From positions 160,001 through 224,000 of IMG/VR virus record IMGVR_UViG_3300011868_000001: a stretch of DNA of 64,000 nucleotides, one strand, 5' to 3'. Below the pieces are notes generated by a model. It worked only from the letters and a program-made list of their open reading frames with translations, had not been told where the DNA came from and searched no databases. This document shows, one piece after another, positions 20,101 through 29,839 of the stretch. How positions within the stretch are numbered: position 1 is the first letter of the stretch; the number at the start of each line of letters is the position of its first letter. This DNA comes from a virus (taxonomy: Duplodnaviria; Caudoviricetes). Made by a program: the position numbers and the translations under genes.

Positions 20101-23100
20101 CAGGTCACTCCTGAAAAGATCCGTAAAGGCTCGTTCCAGGAAATGTTCTCCCGTCGTCAAGATATGATGGACAAGGCCAAGGATAAGGTTAAGAGCAAGT
20201 ATGACGATGTTCAGGGCCTGTTCGCTAAAGGTGGTTTGCTTTCCGGCTTGTTGAGTCGGTTGGGTAAGAATGGCGAAGAAGACGGGGGCGGCGATGGCGG
20301 CATCAACATCGACTATATGGACATGGGCGGTGATAGCGACAAGAAGAAACGGAGTCGTAACAAGACCAAGAACCCGAGCAAACCACGCGGTAAACTCGGG
20401 AAGGCTTGGGACTTCACCAAACGCTGGGGCAACAAAGGTTTGGATAAGATGGGGCGCTTTGGACAAGGGCTGCGCCTCGGTGGTCGCGTTGTTGGTGGTG
20501 CTGCTAAACTGGGTTGGGGTGCAACCAAGCTCATGGGCAAAGGCCTCGGCTTGGGATGGAAAGCTGCGAAGTTTGCCGTAACCAATCCCCTGACTCGAAT
20601 GGTCGTAGGAACCGCCGGGCGTGTAGCACTAGGTGCCGTGATGGGTGCCGCGGGACTTGTCAGTGCACCTGTACTGGCTGGTGTGGCGATTGCAGGCACT
20701 GCAATTGCGGCAGGGGCATACATCTACGGGGCAACTCGGGATAAGCTTCCTCCATTGACGCGACTGCGCATGGTGCAATACGGCATCAACCCCAAACCTG
20801 AAAGCACTGACGTGACCACGATGCTGGAGCTGGAAAAGCTCTTCGCTAAATACACCTCGGTGGATTCTGACGGTAAGGCCAAGATCGATGTCCAGTCCGT
20901 GCCGTTCGAAGCTGTAGCCGGGGTGCTGAAGCTTAACATCAGTACGCCAGAAGGCCAACCCCATGTAGAACGGGCGATGAACTACCTGAGAAACCGCTTC
21001 GCCGCGGTCTATCTGACTCACGTCTCGAACTACTACGTCCTGACCAAGTCACTGGATCTCTCGCAGATCGATGGCAAGGTAACAGGTAAGGCAGCACTGG
21101 ACTTTGTAAGTAAGGTGTCGCTCAAGGATCGGCCTGAAGTATTCGAGGACATGGTAGGTCCGTTGGAAGACGGCGAACTGTCACAAGACGGTGGTGATGT
21201 AGAAGACACAGTCGATGACGTCAAAAGCGAAATCGAAAAGGCGATGAAGAAAGAAGGTGAGCACAAGTCACCTGCCGAACAACACGCCGAGGCTGCAAAG
21301 GCCAGTGTCGCAGCCGGTACCGCTACCGCTGTAGCAGGCAGTGCCTTGAAAGGGGTATCGGGTGGAACGGCTGTCCAGTCCAATACACCCACTGCAGCGA
21401 GCAACCTCAATACCGGTAACAAACATCAGGCGCAAGCAGTCTCGAATGCGGTGATGACCACAGCGGTAGCCGGTACAGGTGCCGCCGCCATTGCTACCAT
21501 TATCGCCAACCGTGACACCACGATCGATGATGGTAAAGCAGTGCGTTATCGCGTTTACGGCCTGACGGAACTGGCCGAGTCTAAAGTGGCACAACTCGCT
21601 ACCCTGGAAGGACTCCTGTGGTCGCTGGTCAAGTACGACACGGACAAGCGGGCTGGGATTGACCCTGTGCAACTGCAGGCGGCCTATCTGGATGCAGAGC
21701 GCATCTTCTCGCCAATCGGTGAGGAGGCACAAAGCTTCTACGTGTGGTTCCATCGTCGTTTCATGTCGACCTTCCTTGCATACTGCACCAGTGTGCGGGC
21801 ACGGGCAAACATCGATGCCATGGACGCAGCAAAACGCCTCAAGCCACAAGAGTTGCTGGAAGTCTTGAGAGAGACTGCCAACGCGCGTGACAACGCCGGC
21901 ATCTCGGTTTGGGACATCGAGGAGTCGCCTTGGAAAGGCTATTACCTTAACGATGAAGTGGCCACTGTCAACGACGCGCTGTACAACCTTTCGCTTAAGG
22001 TCAAGGACAAGACCCTGCAAGAACCCGAATCTGTTCAGAAAGGCCGCGTTCGTGGTCCGAATGGTGAAGTGATTGAACAGGACCCGACCCAGGTTAATCG
22101 TCCAGCGTCGGCCAGTGGAACAGCACCCGGCGCCCCAGGCTCCGGCAATGCCAAAGAGGAAACCGGTGGCGCACTGTCGAACTTCTGGTCAGGTGTCAAG
22201 TCAGGGTTCAGCAGTCTGTTTGGAAATGATTCCAAGGCACCACAGCAAGGAGGCATCAACGCACAAGGACAGATGACCGCACCAGGCGGATCAGGCCCTA
22301 ACACACTGCCTTCGGGCACACCGATTCAGCATCCGGGCGGTGGTTCAGGCGGAAACGTCAATGACATCCCGATGCCAAAAGGTGATGGTTGGGAAGCCAA
22401 TCGGGAAACGCTGATGGCAGCTGCTAACATGGTCGGTATCGACCCCTTGTTGGCCGCGAGCATCGCGGGGGTGGAATCAGGCTTCCGGCCAAACGCTATC
22501 CCGTATCGCAATGCCAAGAACCCATCGGCCGGTGTCCTGTCTTCGGCTGCAAGTTACTACCAGGTCATTAAAGGGACATGGAAATCTCTGATGGCCAAGT
22601 ACGCAGCTAAGTACGGCATCAACCCTGCTACAACGCAACACGACCCACGTGCTAACGCACTCTTGGGCCTTGAGTACATCAAGGAAAACATTGGCGTCAT
22701 CCAGAAGGTTAAATCCGATGTGACCGACACCGATGTCTACTTGGCGCACTTCTTGGGTCCGGGCGGTGCTCGCCGGTTCCTCTCGGCTCCGCCGGGTGAC
22801 CTGGCAATCAACCATGTGGGCGCAGATCAAGCGCGGGCGAATCCGGCCATCTTCTACGATCGTTCGGGTAAGCCGCGTACAGTTGCTGCCGTCTACAAGG
22901 ACTTTGACGACAAACTGAAAAAGCATCGCAAGTCGGACGCTACGCAAATTGCTCAGTCGCTTAAAACCGGCGGTGCAATTCAAGCGGTGGCATCCAGCGG
23001 TGAAGAAGGCAATGCCAGCGAAACCCCGGCTACCACAAGTACACCTGGGTTTGAGGTTGCAGACGCTACCATGCCATCCATGGTTAAGCCAGCTTCGCTG

Positions 23101-23490
23101 ACTACGTCTAATACTGTGGCAGAAGCTTCGACCACTGTCGACACGACCAACCTTGCTGAACGTGCTGATGCACGTCAGACTCAGAACAGCACCGCTGGGC
23201 TGATGGTCGCTGCGCGAACAGCCGAAGTTCAAAGCTCGACACAAACCAAAGCTGCAACCGACACCTTCGGGGGTCTGGACAGCAACCTTGAACGATTGGT
23301 TGGCGTTAACGAATCTCAGCTTGAACAGTTGATGACCCTCGTAAGCCTCGTCCAACAAGGGGGTGCGATGACTGGTAACGGTAACGGGCAACAACAGCTC
23401 GTGGCTCAAGCCGGTAAGACCGCCCAAAACCCTGTGATCAACACCCCGAAACCAGCAACACGGGGTACGGTCTCAGTCAGTCGAGTGTAA
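17143..23490 (+). CDS. large tail protein/tape measure with C-terminal lytic transglycosylase (phiKZ gp181-like)
   Basis: 2115 aa, helical; central hydrophobic Gly/Ala segment; SLT-like GVESGFRPNA...SSAASYYQVIKGTW...YLAHFLGPGGA. Confidence 0.85.
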   Translation: MAKKDDIDLDNLGLDDFDFDIPEWNADEEVDSSSRSPIERVVKGTLAGAKQELASPAALRRALSMALPEGYAMAADTVENVSTDARSLYDKVTGESPEIVRGSKNFSRKAMNMVGNRVLPKKIADRINNALTQDDDDAPVKSSADYKREQEESELASLAEIFKASTAANEERARQDGVENVERKALDQARFKTNIQVLTAINRSMARLVGYQDKVTARYQQKMLELNYRQFSTQKQMLDLLVESTSKQSQLLETIRHNTALPEAVKIRGSEMFGQLAKQRLMGNGLNTISNWSQNYTKQVMDNVSGMVQGFLDPIKDVGAMTEGMDIDKYEMGGNVLGSMMGQSVRDHAAMFIAPYLAKNKTIARTGEKLRNTFSGLPQRINEYAQSETEGTGFKSVATQMFKTFLPKFVLDSRPGGVSVDQLDEMDKFDKIARRSLIEIIPGYLSEIAHWSRIAVTGEKDSEKKVYNVVRGGFTSEKEQLKDVGRQIMSRSERDSLRSAADEFLKMIGGDIMSSKAQRSLKRKLLDELANGRDLVPKRLADPAQYPNEDVAVVDEITSLIVDAFGLDYDGNLTDSSEEGLRRINNIRDQFLRMSSMIPASGDRIRVLGDVLGKDSLRKLGYIERQGREDRINYDKIWSSVLDEDDESSEGGASQGGPNGNNRRGVRLNSVFGAPEVRGDLANRASRADRARAQGDAPTTRRGLERYLGDKSTLITLIRESRDFHSETVELLKALKQGGCTPVSNGSGLYDTNTSRIKALREFMTQKATHVSMKTGEFVDKGQKLAGDAVREAKDMWIQGEDHPRLQEWRLKAGEYRDKATGEVLKRWEDIQGDVIDLKGRTVARYNEIMEDGVIADYKGKIFKRAADVMGRFKGSKAGAMTASAIAGAQTRLAPVAEHIDDLRQSESFDEFTDKFGRKVGKVGKSASDAASKQARKFKPRATRLMRFFRSDKADADISGQLTGNPQEDTVTLLMRSVQLQFETLKQVTPEKIRKGSFQEMFSRRQDMMDKAKDKVKSKYDDVQGLFAKGGLLSGLLSRLGKNGEEDGGGDGGINIDYMDMGGDSDKKKRSRNKTKNPSKPRGKLGKAWDFTKRWGNKGLDKMGRFGQGLRLGGRVVGGAAKLGWGATKLMGKGLGLGWKAAKFAVTNPLTRMVVGTAGRVALGAVMGAAGLVSAPVLAGVAIAGTAIAAGAYIYGATRDKLPPLTRLRMVQYGINPKPESTDVTTMLELEKLFAKYTSVDSDGKAKIDVQSVPFEAVAGVLKLNISTPEGQPHVERAMNYLRNRFAAVYLTHVSNYYVLTKSLDLSQIDGKVTGKAALDFVSKVSLKDRPEVFEDMVGPLEDGELSQDGGDVEDTVDDVKSEIEKAMKKEGEHKSPAEQHAEAAKASVAAGTATAVAGSALKGVSGGTAVQSNTPTAASNLNTGNKHQAQAVSNAVMTTAVAGTGAAAIATIIANRDTTIDDGKAVRYRVYGLTELAESKVAQLATLEGLLWSLVKYDTDKRAGIDPVQLQAAYLDAERIFSPIGEEAQSFYVWFHRRFMSTFLAYCTSVRARANIDAMDAAKRLKPQELLEVLRETANARDNAGISVWDIEESPWKGYYLNDEVATVNDALYNLSLKVKDKTLQEPESVQKGRVRGPNGEVIEQDPTQVNRPASASGTAPGAPGSGNAKEETGGALSNFWSGVKSGFSSLFGNDSKAPQQGGINAQGQMTAPGGSGPNTLPSGTPIQHPGGGSGGNVNDIPMPKGDGWEANRETLMAAANMVGIDPLLAASIAGVESGFRPNAIPYRNAKNPSAGVLSSAASYYQVIKGTWKSLMAKYAAKYGINPATTQHDPRANALLGLEYIKENIGVIQKVKSDVTDTDVYLAHFLGPGGARRFLSAPPGDLAINHVGADQARANPAIFYDRSGKPRTVAAVYKDFDDKLKKHRKSDATQIAQSLKTGGAIQAVASSGEEGNASETPATTSTPGFEVADATMPSMVKPASLTTSNTVAEASTTVDTTNLAERADARQTQNSTAGLMVAARTAEVQSSTQTKAATDTFGGLDSNLERLVGVNESQLEQLMTLVSLVQQGGAMTGNGNGQQQLVAQAGKTAQNPVINTPKPATRGTVSVSRV

Positions 23491-23549
23491 CTATACCGGG
23501 TGAGGGGGTGACCCCTCACTCCTATTTTCGTTCATCAGAGGTCGTGTAA

Positions 23550-25628
23550 ATGGATAACATCTTAGATGACAGCTGGGTGAAATCGGCATTCTTGTTGCCA
23601 TCGGATGCTATCATCGGTGGTAATGAAGCGGTGGTTAACCGCATCTATTCAACATCGATGCAAAAGGCCAGTGACACTACACTGGGAGGTAACTTTGTCA
23701 TCAACCCGTTGCCTCAGTTCACCCGCTACGCCGATTTGAAACACAACGTATTCTCCAGTGCCCATGCACGCGGCAAGACCGTCCTGGTGCCGAAAGTCTC
23801 CAGAAGCAACGAGACCAACTCGACTTCCAGTAACGGCATGGGTAGAACCTACAGCGAGAAGATCGATGACAACATGCAAGTTGTCCACTTCCGCATGGGG
23901 TTTCCGACATTCAACAGCATGTCGTCGTTTTATTCGAACTACTATTCGATTCCTGCAGCCAGCATGGCCCGTGCAGGGCGAGCGCCTGGGTTCTTCTATA
24001 CCCTTGGCTGGACGATGGGATCGATTGCTACCATTCCGCTGATGCCATTCATCCTGGGCGGGAAAGTCCTGAAGTTCTTCCTGCGCCGCCCGGCGAGTAA
24101 GTACTATTACTTGAAGCCTTCGATGCTGCCCTACTGGACAGCCGTCTCGTCCATGGTCAATGGTGTCGCTGCTAACATGGGGGTCATCCCACGTCCGATC
24201 TATGAAGGCGCCAAACACCTGCACAACAAAGAAGACGGGATCGATCGCCGGGACATCGACGAATACGCCCGCCTGATCCCAACGATCTACCGTAAGGACG
24301 GTGGTCTGGATGTCTTTGCCATTGCGCAACGTGGACAGCGTCTGGTCAATGCTCGCCAGCAACTGCTTAACAATGAGCTCAAGGACATGACCAGTAAGGA
24401 GCAGATCAAAGAGACTTTCAAACGCCGTCTGTACGGTGATGATCTGGGTGCTGTCTTCGACAACATGCGTAACAACTCCAATGCGACGCTTGAAGCATAC
24501 ACCCAGTTGTGGCGTGACAATGAAATGCTGGGCAAGATGAGTAATGAAGATGCACAGGCCAACCGCGATACCTTGGAAAAGGAAAAGCGTCTGGATGACG
24601 GCCTGATCAACCAGCTGGAAGAGGCCTTCTTGGCAGAAGCTCGCATGGGCTCGGAGTTCCTGAGCCTACGTGTAGATTTCACCGGCACTCAGACAGAGTC
24701 GTTTAGCAACTCGACTAAAGACGCCTCCATTGGTCAGCAGATCAACTCGATTTCAGCCAGTGCACGTGAGACCCGGTTCAGCATGTTCGACGGTAACATC
24801 GACGGGGGTGGTGTAGCCGATGCGGCATTCGGGGCGTTGAAGGACTTTGCTGCCGGGGTTTCTCAAGGTCTGGGTATTCAGGGTCTGGCGCAGCTGGCAG
24901 GTTCGGCATTCGTCGACATCCCCAAAGTCTGGGACAACTCCAGCTGTGACTTTAACAAACTCACGCTCAACATCCCGCTGCGTTCACCTTATGGCGATCC
25001 AATCTCACGTCTGCAGAACCTGATCCTGCCAATGTGCTGCATCTTTGCCATGTCGGTGCCATTGGCCACCGGTAAGCAATCGCACACCGCACCTTTCCTG
25101 ATTGAGTACTTTGCCCAAGGCCGTGCTCACTCTCGCTTGGCGATTGTTGACTCACTGACCATTACCCGTGGTCAGGGCGACATCGGTTGGAACAACAACG
25201 GTGGGTTCTTGGGTGTGGACATCCAGTTGGGGTTGCTCGATCTCTCCAATGCCATCAACATGCCGATCAACCCGGCATTTGAATTCTCCGACCGAGTCAT
25301 TCAGGCCGCAGGCTACGGAATTGGTAAAGGAGTAGGCTGGTTGACGCAGAGTGACCTTGATGTGGCCAATATCGGTACGGCCGCCGCCAGCTTGATGTTG
25401 GGTTCGACGTACGATGACGATAACAACTACACGGACTACTTGGCGATTTTGGCAGGTCTGCCATTGGAAGCTGAGATCAATAGTCTGCGTAAATGGGCTG
25501 TCCGCCTGGCTCGCCAGCAAGCCGCCTTCGACGACGCCAAGTCGCCTGAGCGCGCTGCCATGTGGGCCATGTCCGGTATGATTGGTGAAGGTGCTAAAGC
25601 CATTGCCATGGCAACCGGTCGTCAATGA
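23550..25628 (+). CDS. virion structural/tail protein (gp182-like by synteny)
   Basis: 692-aa ORF following the gp181-like gene. Confidence 0.7.
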   Translation: MDNILDDSWVKSAFLLPSDAIIGGNEAVVNRIYSTSMQKASDTTLGGNFVINPLPQFTRYADLKHNVFSSAHARGKTVLVPKVSRSNETNSTSSNGMGRTYSEKIDDNMQVVHFRMGFPTFNSMSSFYSNYYSIPAASMARAGRAPGFFYTLGWTMGSIATIPLMPFILGGKVLKFFLRRPASKYYYLKPSMLPYWTAVSSMVNGVAANMGVIPRPIYEGAKHLHNKEDGIDRRDIDEYARLIPTIYRKDGGLDVFAIAQRGQRLVNARQQLLNNELKDMTSKEQIKETFKRRLYGDDLGAVFDNMRNNSNATLEAYTQLWRDNEMLGKMSNEDAQANRDTLEKEKRLDDGLINQLEEAFLAEARMGSEFLSLRVDFTGTQTESFSNSTKDASIGQQINSISASARETRFSMFDGNIDGGGVADAAFGALKDFAAGVSQGLGIQGLAQLAGSAFVDIPKVWDNSSCDFNKLTLNIPLRSPYGDPISRLQNLILPMCCIFAMSVPLATGKQSHTAPFLIEYFAQGRAHSRLAIVDSLTITRGQGDIGWNNNGGFLGVDIQLGLLDLSNAINMPINPAFEFSDRVIQAAGYGIGKGVGWLTQSDLDVANIGTAAASLMLGSTYDDDNNYTDYLAILAGLPLEAEINSLRKWAVRLARQQAAFDDAKSPERAAMWAMSGMIGEGAKAIAMATGRQ

Positions 25629-25634
25629 TGACAA

Positions 25635-25670
25635 CATACAGCCCAGGGCAACTGCCCTGGGCTGTATGCC
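25635..25670. terminator. bidirectional CATA/TATG hairpin terminator
   Basis: CATACAGCCCAGGGCA-AC-TGCCCTGGGCTGTATG between convergent genes. Confidence 0.8.
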
Positions 25671-26675
25671 TTATGTCAAGTTGGTTACCATCAACGGGTA
25701 TTGTTCGCGCAGTACTTCATCCGTGGTGACTTCTGGAAAATGAGGCGCAATCTGAATCAACGGGCCGACGACGGCGTGGTTGTTCAGCAGCACGATCGCC
25801 TCAGTAGAAGCACCGGTTAACATCGAGATGTCAAAGATGTCAGTGCCGTCTCGACGATACAGATACCAGCGAGCATCGAGCAGGTTGAGGGTATCGACCA
25901 CCTCATTGGCGTAACTGACCTTATCCAGTGGTTCGGGCACTGGCAGCTTGAAGCGACTCAGAAAGACCCTGATCATGTCAGGCTTGTGGGCCATGACCAC
26001 ATCGGGACCCAGTTCCTGGATGACGTTCTTCAAGGCATCAAGAGAGCCTGAGGTCGCGATGACCGGAAGGCTGTAGATGACCGCCTGCCGATAAACTTCC
26101 GGATCGATGTATTGCTTGACATCACCGAAATACTGGTACTGCCCATAACCTGCCGCTTCACTGAGCGCTGCACCCCAGACAGCCGATTCGTACCCGATAT
26201 TGATGTACCGACTGAATTCGGCATTACCGGTCAGGTCTCCAACGATCCCCAGTAGGTTGCCGTAATTGCTGATATCCCGAGGATCGCCGTACTGAACCTG
26301 TCGAACAACTTCGTCACCGGCTGCTTTGACCCGCGTGACCATCTCCGGGTCCATGTCGATAAAGGCCGCAGCTTTATCCAGCACGCCCTCGCCCATGGTC
26401 TTGAGGATGCCCACGGTACTGGTATTGAACATACCAAGTCCGCTCTCCAGCAATTGCTTGCCAGTGGCACCGTAGCTCTTTTGCTCAAGGAGATTGACCA
26501 TCCCTCTGGCCAGCCCCTCAGCACCGCCTACTTGGCTATAGAGTCGATTGGCAGTGTTCTTGGATGCTTCGTAAATCTTGTTGATCGGTCGAGTACTTGT
26601 CAGGTCATAGGCATCGGCTGCCTCAAGCTTCTCGGTGTTATTGCTGCGAAACAGAGGGAGTGAAATCAGCGACAT
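25671..26675 (-). CDS. putative virion structural protein
   Basis: ORF track 25671-26714; likely start MSLISLP. Confidence 0.6.
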   Translation of the reverse strand: MSLISLPLFRSNNTEKLEAADAYDLTSTRPINKIYEASKNTANRLYSQVGGAEGLARGMVNLLEQKSYGATGKQLLESGLGMFNTSTVGILKTMGEGVLDKAAAFIDMDPEMVTRVKAAGDEVVRQVQYGDPRDISNYGNLLGIVGDLTGNAEFSRYINIGYESAVWGAALSEAAGYGQYQYFGDVKQYIDPEVYRQAVIYSLPVIATSGSLDALKNVIQELGPDVVMAHKPDMIRVFLSRFKLPVPEPLDKVSYANEVVDTLNLLDARWYLYRRDGTDIFDISMLTGASTEAIVLLNNHAVVGPLIQIAPHFPEVTTDEVLREQYPLMVTNLT

Positions 26676-26748
26676 GGGCCGTCCCCAACAAAGAAAAAAG
26701 AAAGGGCGAGTCATGGAGGGCCGAAGCCCTCCATGCGGTCACCGGTGA

Positions 26749-27321
26749 TCAGTCGTTCGACAGGTCAGGTTTGTCATTGAGGTTGTCGAGTTGATAACGG
26801 ATATCGTCCTCGAGTTCCTTACGGATGACGTCCAAAGAACCTGTGTTCTTCAGTGCCGAGCGCAGCAGCGCCCAGTAATCGAGCTGCCATTGGTGACGGT
26901 CCTGCATCATGACTTTCTTGCCATAGATGTAGTAATGCGCCAAAGGCAGTTCGTTGGCCAGCAGATCGCGCTGAAGTTGTGGATTCTTATCCAGCTTCTC
27001 CAGCATACCCAGCTTGAACATCTTGCTGAACAGCGGGTAGTGCGCGGTGCTCATCTTCTTGCCGAGTTCTCGCGCCGCGACACCTTTGATGATGCGGAAG
27101 GAGTCATCGTGAAAACCGGTCTTCATGTAAAACCAGAGGCCTTCCAGGGTGCGGAAGTGTCCGAAGTAAGGGTGTTCGATGTTGCACTCGGAAAGATTGC
27201 TCAGGGCGCGTCCTAGGGCGGTTGCACCGCGCGAATAGACGTTTACGTGAGTCTTACCATCTTCTTCCGGATTGATCATCGACATGGCCGGAGCCTTAGG
27301 TATGGGGTGGTCGTTGGACAT
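26749..27321 (-). CDS. NADAR-like (YbiA/T4 gp30.3-like) protein
   Basis: Motif order LSN...F.TLEG.W..MK...ARELGK...M...K...NPQL..DLL resembles the NADAR family. Confidence 0.55.
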   Translation of the reverse strand: MSNDHPIPKAPAMSMINPEEDGKTHVNVYSRGATALGRALSNLSECNIEHPYFGHFRTLEGLWFYMKTGFHDDSFRIIKGVAARELGKKMSTAHYPLFSKMFKLGMLEKLDKNPQLQRDLLANELPLAHYYIYGKKVMMQDRHQWQLDYWALLRSALKNTGSLDVIRKELEDDIRYQLDNLNDKPDLSND

Positions 27322-27371
27322 AGCTGCAAGGTTCCTGTTAATGCTGGGTGAACCACTCTGAGGGGTATGCA

Positions 27372-27980
27372 TCAGTCGTTATCGCTTCTATCGGTAGGCG
27401 AAGTGGAGTTACCCAGCAGTCGGCTCAAGCGAGCGCGCTTATCGGGATTAGGTGGAGTGGTGGTGACAGTAAACCGGTTGTCAGATTCGATCTGCTGGAT
27501 CATTTCCTCGACCGCTTCGTCAGTCACGCCTTCATCGTCATCGTCATAATCGCCGATGTCGTTATCGTGACTCAGACCTTTACCAGACAAGGCGCTGGAC
27601 AGGTCATCGATAGCCGCGTAAGGGTTCTTGAACATATCGGTAGCGATTGTCACTTCTCGACCGTCACGCATGAGCATTGTGATGCTCATAGAATAACGCT
27701 GCGGCCCCAGAATCTGGATTGCTTTCTGGAACGTCTTAAAGGTGATTTCGCGCTTGGCGATAGCTCGGTTGAAGTTATTTCGCTCTTGGCCGATGTCCTT
27801 GGCATTCTTTGGAACACGGGACAGGGGACTGGAGAGAAACGCGGTGAGTCGCCGGTTCCATGGTTTGGCTTCAACACCAAGTTCCAGAAGAACCTTGCGA
27901 AACAGGTAGGTCAATGGATTGGCTGCCTCTTTGAGAAGCTTCTCCTTATCATCCATCATCCGGCGTTGTTCTTTACTCAT
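27372..27980 (-). CDS. hypothetical protein, possible DNA-binding N-domain with acidic tail
   Basis: 202-aa ORF; basic N-terminal half, DYDDDDE acidic region. Confidence 0.7.
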   Translation of the reverse strand: MSKEQRRMMDDKEKLLKEAANPLTYLFRKVLLELGVEAKPWNRRLTAFLSSPLSRVPKNAKDIGQERNNFNRAIAKREITFKTFQKAIQILGPQRYSMSITMLMRDGREVTIATDMFKNPYAAIDDLSSALSGKGLSHDNDIGDYDDDDEGVTDEAVEEMIQQIESDNRFTVTTTPPNPDKRARLSRLLGNSTSPTDRSDND

Positions 27981-27999
27981 GGTTGGATTCCTAGGTGAT

Positions 28000-28479
28000 T
28001 TATCTCAGGCATGCTCGGCTGGCCGTAACCAGTGCAAGAATGTCTTCGATAACGAAGTTGCATTTGCGTTGATAATACTCACGATCAGCCTGATCGAGTA
28101 CTTCGAAGGCTTTAGCGAGCTTTAGGATGTAGTGACGATGCTCAGCGACCCAGTCCAGAGGATGGATCAACTCATCGCCATCGGCTATGTACTCTTCCAG
28201 TGTCCGTTCAGCAAATAGAATCGCCCGTGATTTCCACTTCTCAGGCAGGTACTGCTGCTTGCTGACAAACACCGAAGCCTCAATAAGAAACCGACCCAGC
28301 TCAGCCAAACTGACGGTGGCTGTGGTGATGGTTTTTACACGGGCTTTTGCAGGTGAGAACGCACGTTTGTTTATTTCATCAAGGTCTCCTAGTTGTAAAA
28401 TGAGTGTTTCATAAATCGTCTTCCCTTGAGGGGGTTCTGATGGTTTTTCTTTAATCCATGGAAAAAGCTTCTTCAGCAT
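28000..28479 (-). CDS. hypothetical protein
   Basis: 159-aa ORF in operon. Confidence 0.7.
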   Translation of the reverse strand: MLKKLFPWIKEKPSEPPQGKTIYETLILQLGDLDEINKRAFSPAKARVKTITTATVSLAELGRFLIEASVFVSKQQYLPEKWKSRAILFAERTLEEYIADGDELIHPLDWVAEHRHYILKLAKAFEVLDQADREYYQRKCNFVIEDILALVTASRACLR

Positions 28480-28545
28480 GATGAGCCCCAGCTAGCCACT
28501 CTGATCAATCTTATGAGCGACTTACTTTTTTCGGAGATGTACAAG

Positions 28546-29067
28546 ATGTCTGACATTATCCCCATTGAGGATGAAATGCTGCCAGTCAAAGATGGTGAAT
28601 ATCTTGGCCGCGCGCCGATGGAGATCAGCGATTCGGTTGATCCATCGGATATCATCAAGACCACGCAGAGTATTCGTGTGGCCATGGTGAAGCAAGAGTT
28701 GCAGCACGGCGTACCAAAGGTTGACAAGGATGCCAATACCTTGCTTCAGGTGCTGCGCGACATGGACCAGGCAGCGTTGACGACCCGTAAGATTGACGTC
28801 GATGAACGTCAGGTTAACGAGTCCGAACGCTTGGCACAGGCGCAGAATGAATTGCTCCGTATGCTGGGTGGCAAGAACCCGTTTGCTGTTGACCTCACAG
28901 CTGGTAAGGCCCCACCGGCACCAACGCGTCAAGCGCCAGAACTCCCAGCGCCGCCGTTGGTGCCAGATGTTACAACCCAGGGCACTCAGCCGGTGAACTA
29001 CGACGACTTCGTTTCGTCTGTAGAAGCCGCCGCCGCGGCCATGGCCGAAGACGACGAAGACGCCTGA
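28546..29067 (+). CDS. hypothetical protein with Pro-rich linker and acidic tail
   Basis: ORF track 28513-29067; GGAG RBS before MSDIIP. Confidence 0.7.
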   Translation: MSDIIPIEDEMLPVKDGEYLGRAPMEISDSVDPSDIIKTTQSIRVAMVKQELQHGVPKVDKDANTLLQVLRDMDQAALTTRKIDVDERQVNESERLAQAQNELLRMLGGKNPFAVDLTAGKAPPAPTRQAPELPAPPLVPDVTTQGTQPVNYDDFVSSVEAAAAAMAEDDEDA

Positions 29068-29804
29068 TCTTCAGGAATCCGATACGTCCCAGGCACCAAG
29101 AAGCAGAAGTCACTAACGGGTAAATGCTCGATGTGAAGGAAATCCTCCATCACCATTTCGAACAACCCGTGTACATCGGCTTCTTTGAAGACTTCATCCT
29201 CTGTCTTGAACTCCCCAGGCTCTTTCATAAAGAGCTTGGGGCTTATGACCGACATCCCGTTTAACGGTTTGACCAGCAGCTGCTCGTGATGAATCTCAAG
29301 CCACTTCTGAAGGTCGTAAGTCACCCAGCCGTTGTAGTAGGTATCGAAGAACGCAGGGGTCAACTTCGCCGTGTCATACCGCCCCACCCCGAACTTGACG
29401 TAAGGAGGGAACAGATGTAACAGGCAGTTTTTGATCGACTCAAGCAAAGGGCCGGGCAGGTGATACGGATGCAGGTTCAGGTCGATGTTGATATCGGTGA
29501 CATCCACACCTCTGAACAGCCGTTCCTTCAGGCCTTCAACGTAAGTAATCAGAACCGGTACGATACCGGTGATGATGCTCTTTTGCAGGATGTCCAGATT
29601 GCGCGTGGCATAACGGGCGTTGAACGCCTCCGTGGTGACGCGGCCCTGAGTGAGGGTCGTGTAATCATCAAGAAGGCGTTCACGGTATGCTGACACCGAC
29701 AGATGGCCTGCAATCTCAGGATCAAGATCAAGCAGTGTGCCCATGCGGGTGTCAAAGAGACAATCCAAATCCAGCAACAGATTCAGTGCACTGGAAGTTG
29801 CCAT
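28998..29804 (-). CDS. hypothetical protein, possible degenerate HAD-fold
   Basis: 268 aa; N-terminal LLLDLDCLFDT resembles HAD motif I; overlaps the convergent gene by 70 nt. Confidence 0.6.
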   Translation of the reverse strand: MATSSALNLLLDLDCLFDTRMGTLLDLDPEIAGHLSVSAYRERLLDDYTTLTQGRVTTEAFNARYATRNLDILQKSIITGIVPVLITYVEGLKERLFRGVDVTDINIDLNLHPYHLPGPLLESIKNCLLHLFPPYVKFGVGRYDTAKLTPAFFDTYYNGWVTYDLQKWLEIHHEQLLVKPLNGMSVISPKLFMKEPGEFKTEDEVFKEADVHGLFEMVMEDFLHIEHLPVSDFCFLVPGTYRIPEDQASSSSSAMAAAAASTDETKSS

Positions 29805-29839
29805 CGCTGGCTCCTATGGATAATGTATTGCTGAAAAGA

